A stretch of 64,000 nt of DNA from an uncultured bacterium (GTDB lineage Bacteria > Verrucomicrobiota > Verrucomicrobiia > Limisphaerales > UBA8199), in NCBI GenBank assembly GCA_963749495.1, contig CAVVMW010000004.1:32001-96000 (forward strand). Direction: 5' to 3'. Under the pieces are notes generated by a model. The model was not told where the DNA came from. It ran no database searches and saw nothing but the letters and a program-made list of their open reading frames with translations. Each line of letters starts with the position of its first letter. Position 1 is the first letter of the stretch. This document shows, piece after piece, positions 1 through 10,731 of the stretch. A program made the translations under genes and the position numbers.

Positions 1-4
1 TGTC

Positions 5-1093
5 GTGGGGTTATTTGCCAACCTGCGTGATTTCATCCTGGGGCGGGGGCGCTCCCTCGATTTGTTTCCACCCGAGACTTTGACGCGATGGGACAAGCGC
101 ATCGAGCAAACTTTCGAACTTGGCCTGAAGCTTGAGCCGGGGGAGTACACCTACCGCCTCCGAATCCGGCACGAGGCTCCGGAACGAGCGCTCAACAAGG
201 TGGTTGAGGAGAAGTTGATCCTGGATGGGAGGCCGCTGCTCGCCGCGGATCTTCAGGGCATTCAACTCTACAACGATAGGCATGCTCCGGGACCCATACT
301 GCAGCCCGATTGGCACGTCTCGGGCATCTCCCGCATCTACCCGCGAGGCGACAACCGGAAGTTGACGGCCTTCCGCCGCACCATCGAAGACACGCTCGTC
401 CTGGCGCTTAACCCAGCCTTGGTGAGCGCGGTCAGCGCGGAGAAGCACCCGGTTACCATTCCCAAACCGGATTGCTCCGATTTCGCCGGTTGGCTGCAGG
501 AGGTCTCTTCCACGCAAGCCCTCGCCAGACAGGAAGCCGAACAGGCGCTGGCGAAAGGGGGGTTGCCCGGCTTCCTTTTGTTCCAAGCCCCCCGGTCCGG
601 GGATGCCCAGATCTTGGAGTGCATCTTTGAGTCCGGTTTGAAATTCCGACTGGATGAGCTTTCCTACGGCCAAATCGCGTTGGTGATCTTGGAAACAGCC
701 CTCGCGGTGCTCAATGATCGGCACGGCATCCTCGTCCTTGACGAACCCGGGAACTTTCTCGGTCTGGGCGAGATTCAACCCCTCTTGACGCGCCTTCAAG
801 ACGCCGCCCTCGAGGGGCGTTTCCAGGTGATCCTGACCGCTCACCACCCGATCGCCGTGGATTTTCTTGCCGGCGGTCACGGGCTGTGGCTGGAGCGCGA
901 GCCTGGCGGACCCACGCGGGTGCACCAGATTCGCGTTGCTCCGAGCGTGCTTGAGGATAAGGAGGGGGTGCGGGTCTCAGACCTGATCGCTCGCGGGTGG
1001 CTATCGGAATTGGGAATTCAACCGTCCGGCGTTCCGTCCTCTGTTGGCACGGAGGAAGGAGTAGGCGCCCCTAACGCCTCCCAAGGCACGTGA
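5..1093 (+). CDS. ABC/AAA_21-type ATPase, probably 5'-truncated by the window edge
   Basis: ABC signature-like LSYGQ, Walker B ILVLDEP, H-loop ILTAHHP; no Walker A inside the window. Confidence 0.75.
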   Translation: MGLFANLRDFILGRGRSLDLFPPETLTRWDKRIEQTFELGLKLEPGEYTYRLRIRHEAPERALNKVVEEKLILDGRPLLAADLQGIQLYNDRHAPGPILQPDWHVSGISRIYPRGDNRKLTAFRRTIEDTLVLALNPALVSAVSAEKHPVTIPKPDCSDFAGWLQEVSSTQALARQEAEQALAKGGLPGFLLFQAPRSGDAQILECIFESGLKFRLDELSYGQIALVILETALAVLNDRHGILVLDEPGNFLGLGEIQPLLTRLQDAALEGRFQVILTAHHPIAVDFLAGGHGLWLEREPGGPTRVHQIRVAPSVLEDKEGVRVSDLIARGWLSELGIQPSGVPSSVGTEEGVGAPNASQGT

Positions 1094-1671
1094 GCCGGGT
1101 TTCCAAGATCATTCTGGTCCACGAGGGTTGGCGTGATTCCGCTTTCGCCCGGGGCTTTCTGGGAGCCGCAGGCATCGATAGCCGCGCTCTGGAGCTCAGG
1201 CCAAATCCGGGGGGTTCCGGGCATGACTGGGTAAAGAAACAATTCGCGGCGGAGGTCGCTAATCTGGCGCGGTTCGTAGAGGGCAGAGGTGTTCTGGCGC
1301 TCCTGGACGAGGACGGGCGCGGAGTTGCCGTGCGTCAAGGCGAAGTCGAAGAATTATTGAAGAAACGCGATCTTCCTCCGGTCTCTGCCCACGAAGGCCG
1401 ATGCCTTCTGCTCCCAACGCGGAATTTGGAGACGTGGCTTTACTGGCTCTCAGCCCACCGGCATGGCTCCTCGCTGGATGTCAATGAGGTGACAGACTAC
1501 AAGAAGGAAGGCCCTCCCCATGGCGCCCAGCGCGTTCGGAACCAGGATTGTCGACCGGCCGGGGAAACCCTCCATACGCTCGACCATACCCAGTCTCCGC
1601 AGGGCTGCCCGCCCATGCTCGTGCGTGCCCTGGATCAATTGCGGGGCTTTCTCATGGCTGTCCGTCGCTGA
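1090..1671 (+). CDS. Hypothetical protein with TOPRIM/DUF4276-like motifs, partner of the ATPase
   Basis: GTGA start/stop overlap with the ATPase; motifs LVHEGWRD, LLDED, RNLETWL. Confidence 0.6.
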   Translation: MSRVSKIILVHEGWRDSAFARGFLGAAGIDSRALELRPNPGGSGHDWVKKQFAAEVANLARFVEGRGVLALLDEDGRGVAVRQGEVEELLKKRDLPPVSAHEGRCLLLPTRNLETWLYWLSAHRHGSSLDVNEVTDYKKEGPPHGAQRVRNQDCRPAGETLHTLDHTQSPQGCPPMLVRALDQLRGFLMAVRR

Positions 1672-1767
1672 CACGCTCAGTCGCTCTCGCGCCCATGCGT
1701 GGGAAGGTCGGCAGGGTCTATCTCGAAGCGGGTTGTCAGGCACAGGGACAGGCGGCATGATAGCGGC

Positions 1768-2508
1768 GTGCATTTGGCTTTGTGGCAGTGGCTCCTGCTG
1801 GCGCTGGGGGCGTTCTTCACCGGTTTGTCCAAGACGGGCATTGCCGGGTTGGGCGTGCTGCCGGTGGGGCTCTTTGCCAACGCCCTGCCGCCCCGCGCCT
1901 CGACCGGCGCCCTGCTGCCGGTGCTGTTGTGCGCGGACCTGTTCGGAGTCGCCTTCTTCCGCAAGCACGCCAGTTGGCCGCACCTGTGGCGGCTCTTTCC
2001 ATGGGTCCTGGCCGGCATCGTGGCGGGCTATTTTGCCCTCGGCCGAGTGGGTGACCTCGAGATGAAGCGGCTCATCGCGGCCATCCTGCTGGCGATGGTG
2101 GGGCTTCATTGCTGGCGCCGGCGCCGGCCCGATTCGCCCGACGCCCGGATGCCGCACACCTGGTGGTTTGCGGCCCTCACCGGCATTCTGGCCGGGTTCA
2201 CCACCATGGTTGCCAACGCCGCCGGGCCGGTCATGGGGCTCTACCTCCTGGCCATCGGCCTGCCAAAACTGGCCTTTATCGGCACAGGGGCCTGGTTTTT
2301 CATGCTCGTCAACGCCAGCAAAGTCCCCTTCAGCCTGAAATTGCGCCTGATCACCGGCGACTCCCTCCTGCTGGACGCGGTGCTGGCAATCCCCATGATA
2401 CCGGGCGCCCTGCTGGGACCTGTCATCCTCCGGCACATCAACCAGCGCGCCTTCGAGTCCATGGTCCTTGTCTTCACCGTCGTGGCGGCATTGCGGTTGC
2501 TCTTCTGA
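1768..2508 (+). CDS. Sulfite exporter TauE/SafE family membrane protein
   Basis: Multi-pass hydrophobic protein with GLSKTGIAG and TTMVANAAGP motifs; GTG start inferred. Confidence 0.85.
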   Translation: MHLALWQWLLLALGAFFTGLSKTGIAGLGVLPVGLFANALPPRASTGALLPVLLCADLFGVAFFRKHASWPHLWRLFPWVLAGIVAGYFALGRVGDLEMKRLIAAILLAMVGLHCWRRRRPDSPDARMPHTWWFAALTGILAGFTTMVANAAGPVMGLYLLAIGLPKLAFIGTGAWFFMLVNASKVPFSLKLRLITGDSLLLDAVLAIPMIPGALLGPVILRHINQRAFESMVLVFTVVAALRLLF

Positions 2509-2701
2509 GAGCGGGACCAGGCCGCGGCTGGTTGCAGGTTGGCCATGTCTGCAATTTGTCGCGAGGCACGACGCACGAGCAAGCGCGCCTGCACCGGGGT
2601 CAATAGGTGGGCTGACAGCTCCAGCGGCGGCGAGGGTTGGCCTTTACATCCCCCCCTACGCCGGCTTAGTGTGGGGTGCTCCCGTGAGGACGCGAGAGCG
2701 A

Positions 2702-3087
2702 ATGAAGCTGCTGGACGAACTCAAAGAGCGCATGAATGAAGTGCCTGCCGATCAACTCACGTTCGAGTGGTTTTCAGCCCTGCTGAGGACCAAGTTCCGG
2801 GTTCACGCTGAGCCTTCGGGAGAGTTGGAGTTGGAACTTGTGGAAGCTGCAATCGCTCTGTCCAAAGCGGGAGGCCGCAGCCCCAGCGGAGCGGCCAAGC
2901 TGGAAGGATTCTCGCTCATCTTCACCGGCCCGGGCGACCGCCTGCTGCCGCAGGGCACGTACCGGTTCGAGCATGACCAAGAGGGGCGGTTCGACTTGTT
3001 CATGGTGCCGGTGGGCCGGGGCCGGATGCCATCCAATACCAGGTAGTCTTCAACCGGCTCATCCCCGACGCCCAGCCGCCCGGCTGA
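2702..3087 (+). CDS. DUF6916-like protein without signal peptide, frameshift at ~3020
   Basis: FSLIFTGP..LPQGTYRFEH..FDLFMVPVG; a shifted frame continues PDAIQYQVVFNRL to a stop at 3087. Confidence 0.7.
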
Positions 3088-3219
3088 AACGGAGGGCATC
3101 CCCCAAGACTTGCCCGCCGAAGGGCGTCTCCAGCGCGAGAGCGGCCTCGCACGCCATCACGCCCCCACGGTCCCCGCAGAGAACACCGTCGTCGGACGTT
3201 TTTCTTGTGCGATCCCTAA

Positions 3220-3381
3220 GTGGGCCGTTTCATAAATACGCTGACGTAGGCGGCGAGGGATTTTTCGTGCAGACGAGGCGGGAGCGAGGAGCATATCCGC
3301 AGTGATACGTGACGAGCAACCAACGAAGTCTGCGCGAAAAAGAACCGCCGAATACGTTAGCGTATTTATGAAACGGCCCAC
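3220..3381. mobile_element. MITE with long terminal inverted repeats and TAA target duplication
   Basis: AGTGGGCCGTTTCATAAATACGCT (3219-3242) is the exact reverse complement of 3359-3382; TAA on both flanks (3217-3219, 3382-3384). Confidence 0.75.
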
Positions 3382-3899
3382 TAAGCCGGTGCCCCATCCC
3401 GCGCGCGCCATTCCAGACTCTCGTAGAGCCCGTCGTCGCCAGTCTGCGTGAAGCCCAGGCGTTCATAAAGGGGGCGTGCCCGGCTGCCCTTGAGCACGCG
3501 CAGGCACAGGGGCCGGTTGGCTTGCGCCGCTTCGCCGGTCCATTGCCGCAGCAGGCGCGTCCCGATGCCTCGGTTTCGCTCGGGCCCCAGCAGCGCCAGG
3601 TCCACCAGGTGGATCGCCTCGCCGCTCCGGTCAACCACGGCTCGCCCGACGGGGCGGCCGTCCAACAGAATGATCGCGAACTGGGCGTCCGGGAACATGC
3701 CGCGGTAGCCCTGCCGCATCGCTCGAAACTGCATGTCCAGGAAACGGCCGCGTGTGGCGGCATCCCATCCGACCGCGGCCAATTCTTCCTCCCGCGTGCT
3801 GGCGTACACAGCCAAAAGGAAGGCATCATCCTCGGCACGCTCGGGCCTTAGCGTGATGGCCGGGGCCGGGCACAATGAATCCGTGGGGCCGTCTTTCAT
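3381..3899 (-). CDS. GNAT family N-acetyltransferase
   Basis: Acetyl-CoA motif RNRGIGTRLL and LYERLGF; YASTREEEL N-terminus. Confidence 0.9.
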   Translation of the reverse strand: MKDGPTDSLCPAPAITLRPERAEDDAFLLAVYASTREEELAAVGWDAATRGRFLDMQFRAMRQGYRGMFPDAQFAIILLDGRPVGRAVVDRSGEAIHLVDLALLGPERNRGIGTRLLRQWTGEAAQANRPLCLRVLKGSRARPLYERLGFTQTGDDGLYESLEWRARDGAPA

Positions 3900-3926
3900 T
3901 CAGGTGCAGGTTATCACAATTGGTTC

Positions 3927-3955
3927 TTGACATCAAAAGAAAAGTGAATTATGGG
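3927..3955 (+). promoter_or_regulatory. Candidate sigma70 promoter for the DUF6916/tail-collar operon
   Basis: TTGACA-17 bp-TATGGG in an AT-rich divergent intergenic region. Confidence 0.35.
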
Positions 3956-4144
3956 GAACAGGGTTTAGGAACTGATGAAAGGATGAAACTAACGCTTGCC
4001 AGGGCCATTCACGCGGCAGCGGCCTTCGCCGGCCGCGCCTGCCATGCCCCCCGGGGGGCGCGAGCCGCGCGTGGAGCGGGGCGTCTCTTTTCCGAACGAA
4101 CCCAACCGGCCCCGTCCCGCACCCCAGTCACTGATTTGTTTGCC

Positions 4145-4635
4145 ATGACCTCACGCCGACAATTCCTGCGCGATTCATCTCTCTTTGCCGCCGCCGCCCT
4201 GGTTCCCACCACCGCCCTGGCGGGGCCGATCCGCGGCCGGGCGACTGCGCTGGACCAGGTTCGTTTTGGGGCGTTCGCCGCGAATGTGGGGACACCCTTT
4301 TGGGTGCTCCAAGACCTGGGCAGGCGACTGGCCTCGAACTGGCGCAGGCCAAAGCGTGCCCGCCCCCGGCCAACGCCGTTCAAGCCGCGGCTCCCGATGC
4401 GTGGAACGAGAAGTTCTCACTGCTCTTTCGCGGTTTGCCCAGCCAACCCCTGGCGCAGGATACCTACCTTTTCGAACACCGCATGCTCGGCCGGTTTGCG
4501 ATGTTTATCGTCCCGATCGGTTCGCGGAATGCCGGCTACCGGCTCTATGAGGCGATCTTCAACCGCCCGGTGGGGCGCTCCGCGCGGCTCGGAGAGACGC
4601 GCATGAACCAGCAACTGGAAACCATTAGAGAATAA
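4145..4635 (+). CDS. Tat-signal DUF6916-like protein, frameshift at ~4320
   Basis: MTSRRQFL Tat motif and TALA cleavage site; second frame EKFSLLFRG..QDTYLFEH..FIVPIG..YEAIFN. Confidence 0.7.
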
Positions 4636-4646
4636 AATAGAGAAAT

Positions 4647-5162
4647 ATGTCACAACCGTTTATTGGCGATGTCAGGATGTTTGCGGGCAACTTCGCGCCC
4701 ACGGGTTACGCTTTCTGCGATGGGCGATTGCTTCAAATCTCGCAGTTCACAGCGCTCTTCGCCCTCATCGGCACGACCTACGGCGGCAACGGCCAGAACA
4801 CGTTCGCCTTGCCGGACCTGCGAGGGCGAGTCCCGGTGCACATGGGCACGGGCGGCGGCGGCACGTATGTCCAGGGTCAGATGGCGGGCAAGGAGAACGT
4901 GACGGTGATCACCTCAGAACTTCCGCAGCACAATCATGCGGCCAAAGCCGACCCCAACACCGGCGCGCAAACGAGCCCGGCTGGCAACGTGTGGGCAGCA
5001 TCAACCAATAACCCGTACGCGGCGTACGCAAACAGTGACCTGCCGATGGCGGGTGTCGCACTGGGGGGTGCGGGCGGCAGCCAACCGCATGACAACATGA
5101 TCCCGTTCGTGGCGATCAACTTCATCATCGCGCTCTTCGGCGTTTTCCCGAGCCGAAACTAG
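4647..5162 (+). CDS. Phage tail-collar domain protein (microcystin-dependent protein-like) 1
   Basis: FIGDVRMFAGNFAP, LFALIGTTYGG..FALPDLRGR, HNH motif, ends FPSRN. Confidence 0.9.
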   Translation: MSQPFIGDVRMFAGNFAPTGYAFCDGRLLQISQFTALFALIGTTYGGNGQNTFALPDLRGRVPVHMGTGGGGTYVQGQMAGKENVTVITSELPQHNHAAKADPNTGAQTSPAGNVWAASTNNPYAAYANSDLPMAGVALGGAGGSQPHDNMIPFVAINFIIALFGVFPSRN

Positions 5163-5203
5163 GTCCAGAAACACCGCAAACCGCAAACCTGCCAAGCAAG
5201 CCT

Positions 5204-5704
5204 ATGTCCACACCATTTCTCGGAGAAATCCGCATCGTCTCTTTCGGTTTCGCCCCACAGGGTTGGGCGACCTGCGACGGCCAGTTAGTGCCGATTAACC
5301 AGAATCAGGCCCTGTTTGCGATCCTGGGCACGACCTACGGCGGCAATGGGACCACCACCTTCGCGCTGCCAGACTTCCGGGGCCGCGTCCCGATGCACGC
5401 CGGCTCTGGGTTCGTGGAGGGCCAAAGCGCGGGAGAGCCGAACCATACCCTGCTGCCAAGCGAGATTCCGGCGCACACGCACCTGCCCGCGGGCAGTTCG
5501 AACAGCGCCACCCAGGCCAGTCCGGACGGCGCCTTTTGGGCGGTCACCTCCAGCGGCAGCTATTCGGGCAGCACCCCAACAACCACTCTGGCGCCCCAAG
5601 CGATTGCCATGGCTGGCGGCGGCCAGCCGCACGAAAACATGTCCCCCTACCTCACCCTCGCTTTCTGCATCGCGCTGCAAGGAATTTTCCCCAGCCGCAA
5701 CTAA
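5204..5704 (+). CDS. Phage tail-collar domain protein 2
   Basis: FLGEIRIVSFGFAP, LGTTYGG..FALPDFRGR, HTH motif, ends FPSRN. Confidence 0.9.
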   Translation: MSTPFLGEIRIVSFGFAPQGWATCDGQLVPINQNQALFAILGTTYGGNGTTTFALPDFRGRVPMHAGSGFVEGQSAGEPNHTLLPSEIPAHTHLPAGSSNSATQASPDGAFWAVTSSGSYSGSTPTTTLAPQAIAMAGGGQPHENMSPYLTLAFCIALQGIFPSRN

Positions 5705-5722
5705 CAACCAAGCGCACTTTTT

Positions 5723-6248
5723 ATGTCCGACCCATATCTCGGTGAGATCAGAATCTTCGCTGGCAACTTCGCGCCCAAAGGTTGGGCTCTGTGCAATGGC
5801 CAGATCCTGCCCATCTCTCAGAATACGGCCCTTTTTTCGATCCTGGGAACCACCTACGGTGGCAACGGGACCAGCAACTTTGGGCTGCCGAACCTCCAAG
5901 GGGCCGCGCCGCTGGGCGCCGGCCAGGGCCCGGGGATGACACAACGAGACTTGGGTGAGATCGGCGGCGAGTCATCCGTTACGCTCACCCAGGTGGAAAT
6001 GCCAACCCACACACACGGGACCATCGGCAGCAACGCTGCCGGGGGCCAGCCCCCAGCGAACAACGTCTGGTCCAAGCCCAGCCAGAGAGGCCTCAACGCC
6101 TATAACCCGGCTCAGGGGACCCCGGCAACGATCGAGCCCGAACGCGGTTTCGATGACCGGCGGCGGATTGCCCCACAACAACCTGATGCCTTACCTGGTG
6201 GTCAACTTTATCATCGCCATGCAGGGCGTATTCCCGTCGCGCAACTAA
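5723..6248 (+). CDS. Phage tail-collar domain protein 3, frameshift at ~6133
   Basis: YLGEIRIFAGNFAP..HTH; the C-terminus PHNNLMPY..FPSRN is in another frame (ORF 5955-6248). Confidence 0.85.
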
Positions 6249-6337
6249 TTCCAATAAGCAGCGCAAGCCCGGCCTGTGCGGGCTGGACGCCCTTGAAACT
6301 CAACGCCCGATGAAATCGATTCTCCCGGTCTAGACCC

Positions 6338-9300
6338 ATGAGATCCACGCCCCCGCTCTCCTGGCTGGCAGCCGTTGTCTTGCTGGCCCAAGGCGCCTAC
6401 GCTGCCAGCACCCTCACCGTCAACACCACGTCGGATACCCACAGCGTGGGCTTCTCCTCGGCCCCCGGTTCCGCGGCTCCGACGGCTTCCACGGCCTCGA
6501 CGGACAGCGGCGGCCACACCTCCCTCCGTTCCGCGCTGGAATTTGCCTCCATCTCGGGGGGGACGTGGGTGATCAACCTGCCGGTCGGGACCTATAGCCT
6601 GAGCCTGGGCGACCTGGTGGTCGGAGTGGTTGCCGGCACGACCATCGCCGTCCAGGGCCAAGGCACGTCCGCCAACACCACCATTAACCAAACTCAAACC
6701 CACCGGATGGTGTTCGTGGTCAATTACAACGTCAATGCGAACGTGGTGTTCAACCTGGAGAACGTGACGCTCTCCGGCGGCAACGAGAACAGTTCCGACC
6801 CGGACGGGTTCGGGGGCAACGGGGGCGCGATCCTGGCCGGCGGCAGTGGCACTGCCCCCGGCAACGTGGTGGCACTAACCAACGTGGTGTTCTCCGGCAA
6901 CACGGCCAACGGCAACGCCAACGGGGGCGCCATCATCATGACCGGTGGCGGCAACCTGACCGTGGCCAACTGCACGTTCACCAGCAATCACGCCGGCGCG
7001 AGCGGGAGCGGGGCGGGGGGGGCGATCTATTTCGACGCCGATTTCAACCCCGGCAACGTTTCGATCAATAATTCGACTTTCTCCAACAACAGCGCGTCAG
7101 GCGCGAACGGCCTGGGCGGGGCAGTTTATCTGGCGAGCGGGAACGGCAATCCTTTCACCATTACCACGTGCACGTTCACCGGAAACACCGCGGCGACTCG
7201 GGGGGAGCGATTGATCTCGAGAGTGGCAATCTCACCGCGGATTTCAACCGGATCACCGGGAACACGGCGTCGGCCGGCAAGGGCAGCGGCCTTTTCGTGT
7301 TGAGCGCGGGCACGGGCTGGGCAGACGCGCGGAACAACTGGTGGGGGGGCAACCTCGGGCCGAACGGGACCGGCGGCGATTCCGTTGCCACTACCCTCAG
7401 CACAACGCCGCCAAGCAGTACGCCGCCGCTGAGCAACGGCCAGGTTTCCTTTAACCCCTGGATCACACTGATCAACAGCGCCAGCCCGGGAACGATCGGC
7501 GCCGGTGGGACCACCACCATGACCGCGAGCTTCCTCCAGAATTCCAGCAGCCAGGCCCTGACCGCCAGCCAGGTGGCCGCCCTGGTCGGGCTGCCGGTGA
7601 CTTGGAACGGGACGGTGCACGGCAGCTTTGGCAGCCAGCAGACCACGATTCAGGCCAACGGCTTGGCCACGGCCGACTTCGCCGCTGACGGGACCTGCAA
7701 CAGCGGGAGCGGCAACGCGGTGGTCGACAATGCGACCGCCACGGCCAGCGTCGCCCTTCTGCCATGCCCCGTGACCGTGACTGGCGCTGCGGCAAGCGAC
7801 AAGGTCTATGACGACACCACCATCGCCACCCTCGATCTGTCGGGCGCGGCCTTGAGCGGCGTTGACCCTGGAGACACGGTGACCCTCAACATCGCCGGCG
7901 CGGCGGGCGCGTTCGCCGACAAGAACGTGGGCACGGGCAAAACGGTGACTGTCTCCGGCTTGAGCCTGGCAGGTCCGGATGCCGGGAAATACTCGCTGAC
8001 ACAACCCAGTCTGACGGCCGACATCACCGCCGCGACGGTGACGATCACCTCGGGCCTGACGGCGAACAACAAGATTTATGACGGCACGACCACGGCGACG
8101 CTGAGTTCCAACAACGTGGTGCTGGCCGGCGTCGTGGCCCCAGACGCGGGCAACGTCGCGCTCTCGACCAACGGCTACACCGCCGCCTTTGCCAACTCGG
8201 CGGTGGGCAGTGGCAAGACTGTCACGGTGAACGGTTTGACGCTGACGGGCATTGCGGCGGCCAGTTACTCGCTGACGCAGCCGGCGGCGACCGCCAACAT
8301 TACGGCGGCCCCCTTGCTGGTGAGCGCGGACGATCAGGCACGGGCGTTCGGCCACACCAACCCGGTGTGGACGGTCAGCTACAGCGGCTTCGTCCCCGGG
8401 GAGGATTCCAGCAGCCTGGGCGGCAGTTTGAGTTTCAGCTTCTCAGACACGAACGGAGTGGGCCCGCTCAGCATTGAGACCAACACCACAGTGGGGACCT
8501 ACGTCATTGTTCCCGGCGGCTTGACCTCCGGCACTTACGCCCTCGCCTACAGCCCGGGCACGTTACAGATAACCCAGGCAGTCCTGACGGTGGCCGTGGA
8601 CCTGGCGGCGAAAGTCTATGGCATGGCCAATCCAGCCTTCAGCGTGACGTTTTCCGGTTTCCTCAACGGCGATGACGCCAGCGTCGTCAGCGGCACTCCG
8701 CAGTTGAGCACCTCCGCCGGCGTCGCCAGTTCCGTGGGACGCTATGACGTTCTCGTCGCGCTGGGCACGCTGAGCGCGACCAACTACAGTTTTGGCTTCG
8801 CCAAGGGCACACTCATCGTGCTCCCGGCCATGCCTGTCGTCACCTGGACCAATCCCGCGCCCATCACCTACGGCGCCGCCCTGAGCGCGGTTCAATTGAA
8901 TGCCACCGCCAGCGTCCCCGGGAGCGTGGTGTACAGCCCGCCCGCGGGAACCGTGCTTCCCGCCGGAACCAATACGCTTTCACTGGTGTTCTCGCCCACT
9001 GATGCCACCGACTACAACAGCCTGGCCACCAGCGTCACCCTGGTCGTCCTGCCGGCCCCGCTCACCATCACGGCCAACAACGCCGCGCGTCCCTATGGCG
9101 CTGCCAACCCGGCCTTCACCGGCACGATTGCCGGCATCCAGAACGGCGACAATATCAGCGCGACCTACAGTTGCAGCGCCAGCATCACCACTGCCCCCGG
9201 CGCTTACACCATCGTCCCGGCCCCGGCCAGCCCGAGCAACCTCCAAACCAATTATCAGGTTACGCTCGTTAACGGCACGCTCACGGTCACCCCAGCCACT

Positions 9301-10728
9301 CCCACCGTCACCTGGACCAATCCCGCGCCCATCACCTACGGCGCCGCCCTGAGCGCGGTTCAACTGAATGCCACCGCCAGCGTCCCCGGGAGCGTGGTGT
9401 ACAGCCCGCCCGCCGGAACCGTGCTTCCCGCCGGGACCAATACCCTGTCCCTGGTGTTCTCACCCACTGACGCCACCGACTACAGCAGCCTGACCGCCAG
9501 CGTCACCCTTGTCGTGCTGCCGGCGCCTTTGACCATCACGGCCCACGATGCCACGCGGCTCTATGGCGCCGCCAACCCGGCCTTCACCGGCACGATTACC
9601 GGCATCCAGAACGGCGACAATATCACGGCCACCTACACTTGCAGCGCCGGCCCCACCACTGCCCCCGGCGCTTACCCCATCGTCCCGGCCCCGGTCAGCC
9701 CGAGCAACCTCCAAACCAATTATCAGGTTGCGCTCGTTAACGGCACGCTCACGGTCACCCCAGCCACTCCCACCGTCACCTGGACCAATCCCGCGCCCAT
9801 CACCTACGGCGCCGCCCTGAGCGCGGTTCAACTGAATGCCACCGCCAGCGTCCCCGGGAGCGTGGTGTACAGCCCGCCCGCGGGAACCGTGCTCCCCGCC
9901 GGGACCAATACCCTGTCACTGGTGTTCTCACCCACTGATGCCACCGACTACAACAGCCTGACCACCAGCGTCACCCTGGTCGTGCTGCCGGCGCCTTTGA
10001 CCATCACGGCCCACGATGCCACGCGGCTCTATGGCGCCGCCAACCCGGCCTTCACCGGCACGATCACCGGCGTCCAGAACGGCGACAATATCACGGCCAC
10101 CTACACTTGCAGCGCCGGCCCCACCACGGCCCCCGGCGCTTACCCCATCGTCCCGGCCCCGGTCAGCCCGAGCAACCTCCAAACCAATTATCAGGTTGCG
10201 CTCGTTAACGGCACGCTCACCGTGCTCCCGGCCAACCCGCCGGCCGTGGTCTCCCAGCCCACAAACCAGGTCGTTGGTTTGGGCCAAATGGTGATCTTTG
10301 CCGTGGGGGCCACGGGCACTGGGCCGCTGAGCTATCAATGGCAAGTCAACGGCGCCAACCTCGCGGATAGCGGCCGAATCACGGGCTCACAAAGTAATCT
10401 TCTGGGCGTTTCCGGCGTGTTAGCCAGCGATGCGGGCAACTATCAAGCCGTCATCACCAATGCCTATGGCTCGGCCACCAGCGCCGCGGCCACGCTCACG
10501 ATTGTCCTGCCGCCGCTAATCCAAGCGGTGACGCAGACCGATGGCACAATCACGCTTAGCTGGAGCGCTACGGCGGGGCAGCGGTATCAAGTGCAGTACG
10601 CCACCGATTTGAGTCCAGCCGATTGGACCGATCTGGTCATCATCACCGCCACCAATTCCACCGCGACCGCATCCGATGCCCTGAGTTCTTCCACGCGGCG
10701 TTTCTATAGAACTGTTTGGTTGCCGTGA
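6338..10728 (+). CDS. Large secreted adhesin-like protein (beta-helix N-terminus, YDG and MBG repeats, Ig domain), frameshift in a G run at ~7200
   Basis: Signal peptide ending AYA; GGAI/F.NN repeats; KVYDDTT and KIYDGTT YDG modules; YGAANPAF MBG modules; GTGPLSYQW Ig domain; C-terminal YQVQYATDL..RFYR; ORFs 6338-7303 and 7168-10728 join at TRGGAIDL. Confidence 0.85.
8839..10221 (+). repeat. Three near-identical 468-bp (156-aa) intragenic tandem repeats
   Basis: GTCACCTGGACCAATCCCGCG starts at 8839, 9307 and 9775. Confidence 0.95.
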
Positions 10729-10731
10729 TAA

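Noticed and set aside
4647..6248. Prophage or contractile injection system
   Set aside because: No capsid, portal, terminase, sheath, tube or baseplate genes in the window
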